DNA of 64,000 bases from Dehalococcoidia bacterium UBA6926. Lineage in GTDB: Bacteria; Chloroflexota; Dehalococcoidia; UBA6926. Location of the stretch: contig DKAM01000030.1 of NCBI GenBank assembly GCA_002450835.1, forward strand, positions 153,331 through 217,330, read 5' to 3'. This document shows, in pieces, positions 19,984 to 28,914 of this stretch (the first letter of the stretch is position 1; each line of letters starts with the position of its first letter). Under the pieces are notes generated by a model. That model did no database searches. It was not told the DNA's origin and saw nothing but the letters and a program-made list of their open reading frames with translations. The translations under genes and the position numbers were made by a program.

Positions 19984-21192
19984 TTGAATAAAATTAACCT
20001 GAACTATTTATTGCTGCTACTTCTATGTTTTTTATGCACCACTCCAGCAATTTACTTCATAACATCAGATAACACGGAGTTATCTGGTATGGTCTCTGCG
20101 GTAATCTATGGTGTTGCCATATTAGGAGCTGCTTTCCTACTCAACTGGGGAGCCGAAGCAGCAGAAAAAGATATCTCAGCCGGACTTGCAATAGCATTCA
20201 TCGCAATTATCGCTGTTCTGCCTGAATATGCTGTAGATTTTTCATTGGCATGGAAGGCGGCTGATGATCCTTCCTACGCGCCATTAGCGATAGCAAATAT
20301 GACTGGTGGTAATAGACTCTTAATTGGCATTGGATGGCCTCTTATTTTACTGATTAGCTGGCTAAAATTCAGATCTTCACAAGTCGCACTTCCTACTAAC
20401 CAAAAAATTGACTTATCGGTCCTTTTAATAGCGAGCATATACGCTTTAACCATTCCGCTAAAAGGACAACTCGATATAATAGATGCTATTTTCCTACCAA
20501 CAATTTTCGCCCTTTATATTTTAGTAGTCTCAAGGCAAACGTCCGAAGAACATGAGATCGTTGGACCAGCACAGGTTATAGCAGAATTGCCAACAAGAAC
20601 AAGGAAAATATGCTCAGCGCTCCTGTTCATATTCCCAGCTATAATAATTTTCTTGGCCGCAGAACCCTTTGCTCATGGCCTTATCATAACGGGAAAAAAT
20701 GCAGGAATAGACGAGTTTTTCTTGATACAATGGGTCGCCCCATTAGCTTCTGAGTCTCCTGAAATAGCGGTTGCCACGATACTAGCTCTTAGATCCCGCG
20801 CTTCCTCAGCATTAACCGTTTTATTGTCGTCAAAAATCAACCAATGGACGTTATTGGTTGGGACACTACCAATAGTATATTCGGTATCAGCCGGTGAACT
20901 AGCAGCATTACCTATGGACAATAGGCAATCGATCGAAATCGTACTAACTGCCGCGCAATCATTGTTTGCCCTGGTCCTATTATCCAGTTTCTCTTTCTCG
21001 AATAAAGGGGGCATCGCTCTATTTATCCTCTTCATAACCCAGATAATCATACCCATGACCTCCGCAAGAATAATCTTCTCGATAGGGTACGTTCTACTAA
21101 GCGGTGTAATCCTCTTTTATGACGGGGACAAAAGATCGAATATTCTAAGCATGCCAAAGCAATTTATCAATTCAACTCTTCAAAAAGAATAA
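19984..21192 (+). CDS. Polytopic membrane protein, probable CaCA-type cation antiporter
   Basis: About 10-12 TM, 402 aa. Two internal repeat-like segments ('NWGAEAAEKD' and 'ASESPEIAVA') resemble CaCA alpha-repeats. This is a weak assignment. Confidence 0.45.
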   Translation: MNKINLNYLLLLLLCFLCTTPAIYFITSDNTELSGMVSAVIYGVAILGAAFLLNWGAEAAEKDISAGLAIAFIAIIAVLPEYAVDFSLAWKAADDPSYAPLAIANMTGGNRLLIGIGWPLILLISWLKFRSSQVALPTNQKIDLSVLLIASIYALTIPLKGQLDIIDAIFLPTIFALYILVVSRQTSEEHEIVGPAQVIAELPTRTRKICSALLFIFPAIIIFLAAEPFAHGLIITGKNAGIDEFFLIQWVAPLASESPEIAVATILALRSRASSALTVLLSSKINQWTLLVGTLPIVYSVSAGELAALPMDNRQSIEIVLTAAQSLFALVLLSSFSFSNKGGIALFILFITQIIIPMTSARIIFSIGYVLLSGVILFYDGDKRSNILSMPKQFINSTLQKE

Positions 21193-21267
21193 ACTTCTTA
21201 ACACTAAATATATATGCTAATTTGAAGTTTTATTTAGCTGAATTTACGCACTTATTTGCGGGTTTGG

Positions 21268-21293
21268 TATTTTACCTCCACGGGGGTAAAATA
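21268..21293 (+). promoter_or_regulatory. Perfect 9-bp inverted repeat (TATTTTACC-N8-GGTAAAATA) upstream of the thiolase-like gene
   Basis: Direct reading of the intergenic region, 35 bp before the 21328 start. Possible operator or leader hairpin. Confidence 0.25.
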
Positions 21294-21327
21294 AATCCAA
21301 TGCGATGAATATTTAGGAGGAAGTGCT

Positions 21328-22440
21328 ATGAGCCTAAGAGGACAAACAGCAATTGTAGGATACGGAGAAATTCCTCATAGAAGAAGATATGAAAATCGAT
21401 CTTATATGGGCCTTTTCGCAGATGCAGTAGCGATAGCTTTGAAAAATGCAGGGATCCGAAAAGAAGAGATTAACGGCCTTATAGCTGAGCCACCTTTTGG
21501 ATTACCCAGTTTAGGATTCGCATACGATTTTGCTGAATACATCGGTATTCACCCAAATTATGCTACAGCTTTAAATGAAAATGCTGCTACATTTATCTCT
21601 ACCGCAGCAGCTGCGATTCATGCAGGTTACGCCGATACCGTGTTATGCATAAATGGATCGGGACCGATGCCAGAGACTCCAGGAATGTATGCGCCAGCAC
21701 CAGACCATGTTGACCCCCAATTCGTTGAACTTTATGGTCCAGTCGTTGCCGCAACAGGTTGGTATGCTCAGGTCGCCCGGAGACACGCGCACGAGTATGG
21801 AACAACAGATGAACAAAGGGCTAGAGTGTCCGTTGACCAAAGGTTTAACGCACAAGGCAACCCAAATGCTTTTTTTAACGGGCAAACAATAACCGCCCAA
21901 GACGTACTAGATTCAAGGCCAATTGCAGACCCTTTGCGAATTTTGGAATGCGTGATGCCAGCCCAAGGAGCAGCGGCGACCATTGTAACAACTGCTGAAA
22001 AGGCAAAAGCTTTGACAAAATCACCGATATATTTACTTGGAGCGGGACAACATAACATTCGTGCAGAACACGGGAACACTTGGGGTGGCCGCATAACAAA
22101 CACACCAGCTAATATTTCAGCACGTATCGCTTTTGAGATGGCTGAGGTAGGCCCAAACGACATGGATATGTGGCAAATGTATGACTGCTACACCATAACG
22201 GTCATGGTTACACTTGAGGATGCAGGTTTAATTCCAAAAGGTATGGCAGGTCCTTGGTACGAAGAGCATGACACAACCTGGAAAGGTGATTTCCCCGTCA
22301 ACACGGGTGGAGGTCAATTATCTAATGGGCAATCAACCGCAGGAACGACTCAAGTGGTAGAAGGAATCAGGCAGCTAAAGGGAGAGGCAGACGGCCACCA
22401 AGTTCCAGATAGCCCTGAACTATGCTTCGTAAATACGTGA
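21328..22440 (+). CDS. SCP2/nsLTP-type thiolase-like protein (thiolase superfamily, DUF35-partner type)
   Basis: 370 aa with a thiolase-like N-terminus 'TAIVGYGE'. The C-terminal 'NTGGGQLSNGQSTAGTTQVVEGIRQLKGEA' is typical of SCP-x-like thiolases. No adjacent DUF35 gene. Confidence 0.65.
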   Translation: MSLRGQTAIVGYGEIPHRRRYENRSYMGLFADAVAIALKNAGIRKEEINGLIAEPPFGLPSLGFAYDFAEYIGIHPNYATALNENAATFISTAAAAIHAGYADTVLCINGSGPMPETPGMYAPAPDHVDPQFVELYGPVVAATGWYAQVARRHAHEYGTTDEQRARVSVDQRFNAQGNPNAFFNGQTITAQDVLDSRPIADPLRILECVMPAQGAAATIVTTAEKAKALTKSPIYLLGAGQHNIRAEHGNTWGGRITNTPANISARIAFEMAEVGPNDMDMWQMYDCYTITVMVTLEDAGLIPKGMAGPWYEEHDTTWKGDFPVNTGGGQLSNGQSTAGTTQVVEGIRQLKGEADGHQVPDSPELCFVNT

Positions 22441-22523
22441 CGTGGATATCTAAGTGACATGTCGTCACTCGTATTCAGCACTTCTCTATAAAAGAGTTAG
22501 GTTTGCAACAACGATGTTTATGC

Positions 22524-22600
22524 TGGTCGGGGTGGCCGGATTTGAACCGGCGACCCCCTGGCCCCCAGCCAGGTGCGCTACCGAGCTGCGCTACACCCCG
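22524..22600 (-). tRNA. tRNA-Pro (anticodon GGG)
   Basis: Manual cloverleaf. 7-bp acceptor CGGGGTG/CACCCCG, D-stem GCGC, anticodon stem CCTGG/CCAGG with loop CUGGGGG (U33, GGG, G37), T-arm GCCGG-TTCAAAT-CCGGC, 3' ACCA. 77 nt. The overlapping 68-aa plus-strand ORF is spurious. Confidence 0.9.
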
Positions 22601-22700
22601 AAACAATTGATTCGCTCTAAGTATATAATGAACACACAATCACCATTGTATAATCTATAATCAAAAATTATCGACTTAAATGGAGCCGAAAGGAATTTCT

Positions 22701-23814
22701 ATGCAAGAAATAAGGCTAGAAGCCTTAAAATTAAATAACAGAATCAAGTCCTATCTGGAGCGTCTTTGATTTAGACTCTCTAAAACAACAATTGATCGAT
22801 TTAGATAAACAATCCGCGCAAGAAGATTTTTGGGATGACACTGAAACCGCACAGCAAGTGTTGAAAAAGGCCTCTTCCTTGCGAGAATGGATAGAAAATT
22901 GGTCAGACATTGATACAAAATCCGCTAATACATTACAGTTAATCGAAGAAGCCATTGAAGCGGATCTTACCGATCTAGAAAAAGAATTTGAAAATCAGTT
23001 GCTAGAAATAAATAAATCCCTTGAAGATCTAGAAATAAAAGCGACTTTAAGCGGCAAATATGATTCCAAAAGTGCCATACTATCCATACAAGCTGGGGCT
23101 GGTGGCATAGATTCCCAAGATTGGGCAGAAATGCTACTAAACATGTATTCGCGATGGGCAGAGAACCGGAGTTACGTCGCTAAAGTTTTGAATTGGAGTG
23201 ATGGAGACGAAGCGGGCATAAAAAGAGCAGACCTAGAGATAAGTGGTGAATATTCATATGGTTACCTAAAAGGCGAAGCAGGCGTCCATCGCTTGATCAG
23301 GCTTTCCCCCTTCGATAATCAGCATCAAAGACACACATCCTTTGCCTTAATCGAAGTATTGCCAGAGCCAGAAAAAACCGATAGAGAAGTTACGATTGAC
23401 CAAGAAAACCTGCGCATCGATTATTTCAGAGCAAGCGGAGCAGGAGGCCAAAGTGTCCAAAAAAATGCGACAGCGGTCCGCATGGTCCATGAACCAACGG
23501 GGATCACAGTTTCAGTGCAAAATGAAAGATCCCAAATACGAAACAAAGAGGTAGCCCTAAAAATTATAACTGCCCGTTTAATAGAAATGGAGCTTAAACT
23601 CAAACGCGAAGAAGAAAGTAAACTACGTGGTGAATTTGTATCCCCTGAATGGGGAAACCAGATTCGAACTTACGTCCTACACCCATATAAAATGATTAAA
23701 GACCATAGGACAGAACATGAAACACAAGATATAGAAAGTGTTTTTGAAGGAGACCTGGACCAATTTTTAAACGCATATCTCGAGAGCACTATGAAGAATG
23801 AGCAGCGTGATTAA
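22701..23814 (+). CDS. prfB: Peptide chain release factor 2, with programmed +1 ribosomal frameshift at CUU-UGA (22764-22769)
   Basis: Frame-0 ORF MQEIRLEALKLNNRIKSYLERL stops at TGA. The internal SD GGAG lies 3 nt upstream of CTT TGA. After the +1 shift, the reading continues ...DLDSLKQQLIDLDKQ into the six-frame ORF 22792..23814. The SPF and GGQ ('SGAGGQ') motifs are present. Confidence 0.9.
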
Positions 23815-24409
23815 TTATCATAAATATAGAAAGCCGTTCAAAAGTTATTTACTTTTAGCTTTGGCGACTTTCTTTATATTTGGATGTTCTGGAAGCGGGG
23901 AAAGCACACAATTACAGCCAATCGATATCACACAAAATTTAGCTCAGGCCAACCAGGCCGAAAATATCCAAACATACACTGACCCAAATATAAGCATGGA
24001 TTTCGATTTTCCGAAATCTTGGACGGTATTCAAACCAGAAGGAGACCAAACAGCTGTTGTAGAAATTTACTCTCCGGATTCATCAATCGTAATCACAGTG
24101 CTTCATGATTACCCACCCCCAATGATAGACCTAAAAAGTTACGGGGATGCGCTAATAAACAATATTAAATTAGAGACTCCTTCTATGAAAATTATCAACA
24201 ACGCTTTAACGAGGGAAGAGAGAAAATATATCGTTAATTATTCGATTGGTGTTCCAAATCTACAAGGATCGTTATTGATCACTATGAGGGACACCAAAGG
24301 TTTATTGGACTCTTTAATAATTCAGTCTGTAGGCGAGAGGGATAACTACCAAATTTGGGAAGAAGAAATAAATATTATTCTGGACTCCATTACGCTGAAT
24401 TTGGAATGA
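23798..24409 (+). CDS. Hypothetical lipoprotein
   Basis: Signal peptide with lipobox 'IFGC' followed by SGSG. No known domain. Confidence 0.5.
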   Translation: MSSVINYHKYRKPFKSYLLLALATFFIFGCSGSGESTQLQPIDITQNLAQANQAENIQTYTDPNISMDFDFPKSWTVFKPEGDQTAVVEIYSPDSSIVITVLHDYPPPMIDLKSYGDALINNIKLETPSMKIINNALTREERKYIVNYSIGVPNLQGSLLITMRDTKGLLDSLIIQSVGERDNYQIWEEEINIILDSITLNLE

Positions 24410-24432
24410 TCTAAATTTGGTACCAACTACAA

Positions 24433-25005
24433 TTATCTCTTGTAAGCTTTGAAAGATCTTTGGATGACGGTAATAAACGAGAGGATCGAGATTAACAACA
24501 TAGCAAATTGCAAAATTGATGTAAGGAATAAGGCAGCAACCATTATAGGAACACGTACCTGCCTAGGTGCAATTCCACCGTGCGGCTCAAGAGCTAAAGA
24601 TTCTCCGCGAGCCCGAACATAGCTGACTAATAATGAAGCAAATAAAGCTAGAGCGACTATAAAAGCAGTCCGGGGATTACCATTTAAGCTCTCGTAATAC
24701 AATACTCCTAACAAAAGAGTCCCCTCCCCCAATCTATCAGTCACAGAATCTAGAAAAGCCCCAAATTTTGTTTCTTCGTTTATTCTTCGAGCTAAGGCAC
24801 CATCAAAAGCATCGAGTGAACTACCGAACAAAAATACGAATCCGGCAATCATATAAAAACCAAACCCCGCTACTATGCCCGCGAAGATACATACTATACC
24901 CCCGCCCAGGGTTAAATGATTGGGTTTAAGTTTAAAAAAGATGAAAAGACTGAGTAGTTTGAAGCGAATAGATTCAAATAATGAACCAATTTTTGCAAAA
25001 ACCAT
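24433..25005 (-). CDS. CDP-alcohol phosphatidyltransferase (PgsA or phosphatidylinositol-phosphate synthase type)
   Basis: 'DAFDGALARR...GAFLDSVTDRLGE' is the CDP-OH-P transferase signature DGx2ARx8Gx3Dx3D. 190 aa, multi-TM. Confidence 0.75.
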   Translation of the reverse strand: MVFAKIGSLFESIRFKLLSLFIFFKLKPNHLTLGGGIVCIFAGIVAGFGFYMIAGFVFLFGSSLDAFDGALARRINEETKFGAFLDSVTDRLGEGTLLLGVLYYESLNGNPRTAFIVALALFASLLVSYVRARGESLALEPHGGIAPRQVRVPIMVAALFLTSILQFAMLLISILSFITVIQRSFKAYKR

Positions 25006-25025
25006 TGAATTGTTTATATGCTATT

Positions 25026-25334
25026 TCACATTAGGCCAGATAATAATTCTTTAGCTTCTGGGCGGAGCATTTCAGGAGTCCATTGAGGATCCCAGACAAT
25101 CTCAACTTGAGAGTCATTAATTCCTTCAATTTCCAGTAACCGATTCTCCACCTCAGGGCCAATAGTTCCGGCCATGGGGCAACCAGGCGCGGTTAAAGTC
25201 ATTGTTAAGAACACTTTATCATCTTGAATATCTATCCCGTAAATTAAACCTAAATCATATAGATTGAGTGGGATTTCTGGATCGTAGCATGTTTTTAGGA
25301 TATCTATGACCTGATCCTCTGTTACTTCCGACAT
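25026..25334 (-). CDS. DUF59/MIP18-family Fe–S cluster assembly protein (SufT-like)
   Basis: 'CYDPEIPLNLYDLGLIY...MTLTAPGCP' is the DUF59 signature. Confidence 0.75.
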   Translation of the reverse strand: MSEVTEDQVIDILKTCYDPEIPLNLYDLGLIYGIDIQDDKVFLTMTLTAPGCPMAGTIGPEVENRLLEIEGINDSQVEIVWDPQWTPEMLRPEAKELLSGLM

Positions 25335-25449
25335 CGTCGATGATCTCCTTTATTTACAGTAATTTCATAAACCAATCACTACTATAATTTTATTTAGCTA
25401 CTCCCGCAAGAGCTAGATATTGATATTATTTAACACAACAACACTAAAG

Positions 25450-25833
25450 TTACTCAGGAGTTTCAAACTCAATATTTTGCACTATGTCCGATGGTTCATC
25501 TGAATTTCCATGGTTATGGCCGGAGGCCATCTCTCCCGCCTGGATAAAGGCGTTCAAGGCCTCCAATACAAAGTTCTCAGGGGATAAACTAACGTCTTTA
25601 GATAAATCTTTAATTTGACGAGCAAGCACTCCTGTAAAACCAACGACAAGCCCTTCAGGATGCGCCCATGAATCCATTCTAAACAATTGATCTGGTTTTA
25701 TAGTAAAAAGTATTTGGCCATCATCGGGTTCGTTAATGGAACCTTGAACAACATCAATTCCCGCATTCCCCTGCTGTGCCCATGTATCAGTATCGCCTCT
25801 TTCTATAACATAACGGCCTCGAAAAATATCCAT
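25450..25833 (-). CDS. Hypothetical protein (Cys-free, His-rich C-terminus 'SGHNHGNSDE')
   Basis: Good SD (AAGGAG, 5 nt) before the ATG. No recognisable family. Confidence 0.4.
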   Translation of the reverse strand: MDIFRGRYVIERGDTDTWAQQGNAGIDVVQGSINEPDDGQILFTIKPDQLFRMDSWAHPEGLVVGFTGVLARQIKDLSKDVSLSPENFVLEALNAFIQAGEMASGHNHGNSDEPSDIVQNIEFETPE

Positions 25834-26042
25834 AAGCTCTCCTTAAATTAGCTCATTCCTTAGTTAGTGTTTCTAAATTTCCATTTAGTAAGTTAAGTTT
25901 ATCAATGGACAATAATTCAGTATAACTATCCAGAGCCTATTAACAATTCTACCAAAGAAAAGCGACGCAACTTAATGATGGACACAGATCTGTACATTGG
26001 GTATAATGCATTCTAAACAATCTCGCTTGGGAGGCGCATATA

Positions 26043-26390
26043 ATGATAACTGTAACTGAGACAGCAGCGGACAAACTTATAGATCTATTCAAAGAGCAAG
26101 ATTCAGAAGGGTCTGCTTTAAGAGTATTCGTAAAGGGAGATACTGAAGGCGCTCCTCAGTTCGGCATGTCTATTGAGCCTGAGCCTTCTGATAAGGATGA
26201 AATTGTAGAAGCCTTCGGAGTCAAGGTAGTAATCGATGAAGAAAGTCTTCCTTGGGTAATTGGATCTGAAATAGATTATGTGGAGACTATTCAACAGCAA
26301 GGATTTACAATAAGAAACCCCAACGTCATGGCCGGTTGTGGTTGTGGTGCTGGAGGCGGTGCCTGTGCTTGCTCTGCTGCCCAAGCTTAG
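26043..26390 (+). CDS. HesB/IscA-family A-type Fe–S carrier with extended Cys/Gly-rich tail
   Basis: IscA-like fold ending 'NPNVMAGCGCGAGGGACACSAAQA'. Confidence 0.7.
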   Translation: MITVTETAADKLIDLFKEQDSEGSALRVFVKGDTEGAPQFGMSIEPEPSDKDEIVEAFGVKVVIDEESLPWVIGSEIDYVETIQQQGFTIRNPNVMAGCGCGAGGGACACSAAQA

Positions 26391-26400
26391 TTAAAACAAA

Positions 26401-26442
26401 AAAAGATCGCTTCATATTAAATAAAGTGAAGCGATCTTTTTT
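26401..26442. terminator. Bidirectional intrinsic terminator
   Basis: Perfect 14-bp stem AAAAGATCGCTTCA / TGAAGCGATCTTTT with an A-run 5' and a T-run 3'. It lies between the convergent IscA-like (+) and MMPL (−) genes. Confidence 0.7.
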
Positions 26443-26458
26443 ATTGGGTTTTGATTTT

Positions 26459-28651
26459 TCATCTAGGTTTTAGGATGCTTGGCACCCACCAGTTCCATCT
26501 GCCAAACAGTTTCATTAACGCAGGGACCATAAGAGATCGAACAATTGTCACATCAATTGTCACACCAATAACCAGACCGATAGCCCAAATTTTTATCAGT
26601 AACAGATCCCCAGTAGCAAACCCCAATCCGACTAAAATAATAATCAGTGCGGCACTGGTTATAACTGGGCCAGTCCTTTCAAGACCCTCGGGAACTGCTT
26701 TGTTATTATCTCCAGATTGTAAATAGGACTCTCTTATCCGTGACAATAGAAAAACCTCATAGTCCATGCTAATACCGAACAGTATAAAGAAAAGTAGTAT
26801 AGGTAACGTCGCTTCTATCTGCCCAGTAGCCTCTACTCCTGTGATATTTGAAAGACGCCCCTCTTGAAAAATAAAAACCAGTGCACCAAAACTCGCGAAA
26901 ATGCTGAGAGCATTCATTACTACTGCTTTTGCTGGAAGCAGGACCGAGCGGAACAAAATAAACAAAGCAAAGTAGATAGCAACAACCACTAAGGCAATTG
27001 CAAACGGAAACCGATCGTAAAGAAAATCAACGCTGTCCATTACACCAGCGGTCAAACCGGTAGAATAGGCATCAATAGTGGGACCCCGAGGCTGATATGA
27101 ACGAATATCCGAAACAAGTTCTCTCGCTTCTAGATCGCTTCCAGAGAAAGTAGTATTCACCGTAATATAGGTAATGTCTTCTGAACTAAGGGCATTAACC
27201 TGCCTTTTCATTTCATCATCAGGGATCAGTTCAAATTGAGCATAATAGGCAATATAGTCTTCTGTACCCCACGCGCTATGAAAATCAACTATGCTAAACA
27301 CGGAATCGACTCGCGAATCGCTCCCTATTTTAGAGGTGAAATCTTTCAATTGCTCTACGGATTCAGCACTCTTTATAGATCCATCCCTCGCTTTGACCGC
27401 GATGATTATAGGATAAGACCAACCTGGTCCAAAGTGTTCTTTTATTATCTCCATTCCCTTACGAGATTCGTAAGATTCAGGAAGCATATCGGCCGCAGGG
27501 GCTCCCAACTGAATACGTTGGAAAGGTATACCAGCAAATAGCAATATACATAGAACTGGGATCGCAATTATTAAAGGTCTTCTCATCACAAACTTGCTCA
27601 TCGTAGACCAAAAAGTATTGGAAACCAGTCGCCTGGTAAAAGGTATACGATAACGGTTGACTCTGGTACCAATTATGGAAAGAAGAGCAGGAGTCAACGT
27701 TAATGCTAAAGCTGCAGAAAGAGCAATAACAATAATGCCTCCAACTGCGATCGAACGTAACATCACAATATCAAAAAAGAGAAGGCCCGCCAGACCCAAG
27801 GAAGTCGTCGAAGCAGAAAAGAAAACCGATTTCCCTGCTGTCTCTACGGTTTTTATCACAGATTCTCTTACATTGAGATTACCAAGCTCTTCACGGAATC
27901 TGCTCACTATGAGAAGAGAATAATCTACGGAGGCACCCAAACCTAAGAATGTCGCAATATTTAAACTAAAAACAGACATCTCCATAGTTAAGCTTGCGAG
28001 AAAAATTAAACCTAGTGTTCCTGCTATAGCAACTAAACCTGTTATCAATGGGATAAATGCTGCGAGTACCGCACCGAAAACAAACAGAAGCACGAACAAA
28101 ACAAGCGGCAAACTAACCGTCTCTCCACGCCTAAGATCACTTTCACTAGCCTTCTCAATATCATAAAAAACGGAGGCGAATCCTGTGACATAGCTAGAGA
28201 TACCATTTTGCTCTTCTATCAAAGAACGGATCTCGGGCACCAGTCTCTGGGTTTCATCAAGCGAACCGTCGATCCAAAGGACAACGATAACAGTTCGTCC
28301 ATCATCTGAAACCGACGGGTGCGAAGAATTCTGGGGAGTTTGGATTTTTGCGACTTTTGGGATGCTTTTTAACTCAGATGTAGCTCTATCAATTTTCTCT
28401 AAAAATTGCTGGTACTCGAGATACCCATCGTTCGATCGAAAAACAATGTCAACGGTACTTTGTGTTAAACCCATTTCTTCCAATAATTTCGAGGCCTTGG
28501 CTGATTCTGTGTTCTCAACATCAAAGCCGCCAGAAACAAGACTGTCTATTGCTTTAGGTGCGACCAAACTGCTTAGAATTAAAACTATAAGCCAAAATAA
28601 AACGACAATGAATCGATAAGAATGCGAAAAAGCAGCTACTCTAGAGTACAA
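26459..28651 (-). CDS. MMPL/RND-superfamily membrane transporter
   Basis: 730 aa with two 6-TM bundles, each preceded by a large extracytoplasmic loop. This is MMPL-like. Confidence 0.7.
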   Translation of the reverse strand: MYSRVAAFSHSYRFIVVLFWLIVLILSSLVAPKAIDSLVSGGFDVENTESAKASKLLEEMGLTQSTVDIVFRSNDGYLEYQQFLEKIDRATSELKSIPKVAKIQTPQNSSHPSVSDDGRTVIVVLWIDGSLDETQRLVPEIRSLIEEQNGISSYVTGFASVFYDIEKASESDLRRGETVSLPLVLFVLLFVFGAVLAAFIPLITGLVAIAGTLGLIFLASLTMEMSVFSLNIATFLGLGASVDYSLLIVSRFREELGNLNVRESVIKTVETAGKSVFFSASTTSLGLAGLLFFDIVMLRSIAVGGIIVIALSAALALTLTPALLSIIGTRVNRYRIPFTRRLVSNTFWSTMSKFVMRRPLIIAIPVLCILLFAGIPFQRIQLGAPAADMLPESYESRKGMEIIKEHFGPGWSYPIIIAVKARDGSIKSAESVEQLKDFTSKIGSDSRVDSVFSIVDFHSAWGTEDYIAYYAQFELIPDDEMKRQVNALSSEDITYITVNTTFSGSDLEARELVSDIRSYQPRGPTIDAYSTGLTAGVMDSVDFLYDRFPFAIALVVVAIYFALFILFRSVLLPAKAVVMNALSIFASFGALVFIFQEGRLSNITGVEATGQIEATLPILLFFILFGISMDYEVFLLSRIRESYLQSGDNNKAVPEGLERTGPVITSAALIIILVGLGFATGDLLLIKIWAIGLVIGVTIDVTIVRSLMVPALMKLFGRWNWWVPSILKPR

Positions 28652-28828
28652 TTATCCCCCGTGCACCGATCCAGGTGATTTACTAAATTACTTACACAAA
28701 AGTTAACACAAATAAGAAACAAATTACATGCAATAAGATAGTAATAAAAGCATATTTTGTTGTTCAAAAAAGCCGTTAGTGATACACTGTTCACACATAT
28801 AAACCGCGTGTGTTAATTGAATATAGAA

Positions 28829-28856
28829 AAGTGGGGCACGGCTCCCACTTTTTTCG
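28829..28856 (+). terminator. Terminator-like hairpin in the nusA leader
   Basis: AAGTGGG-GCACGGCT-CCCACTT followed by TTTTCG, about 60 nt upstream of the nusA start. Possible attenuator. Confidence 0.3.
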
Positions 28857-28914
28857 TTATGAGGCGGTAGATATAAATGTAATAAAGTAAGGTAATAATG
28901 AAGGGAGTAGCAAT

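Noticed and set aside
22438-22500. Possibility that the TGA ending the SCP2-type thiolase (22438-22440) is a second selenocysteine codon
   Set aside because: Read-through adds only RGYLSDMSSLVFSTSL, which does not resemble thiolase C-termini. No hairpin follows, and a convergent tRNA gene sits 83 nt downstream. It is an ordinary stop.
22454-22660. 68-aa plus-strand ORF 'MTCRHSYSALLYKRVRF...GFEPATPWPPARCATELRYTP'
   Set aside because: It is the antisense translation of tRNA-Pro(GGG) at 22524-22600. The 'GFEPATP...CATELRYTP' string is a typical tRNA shadow ORF.
26043-26390. IscA-like protein C-terminus 'CGCGAGGGACACS' as a possible selenoprotein or metal-binding novelty
   Set aside because: No in-frame TGA. 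Cys/Gly-rich extensions occur in A-type carriers. The C-terminus is unusual but not evidently a new function.
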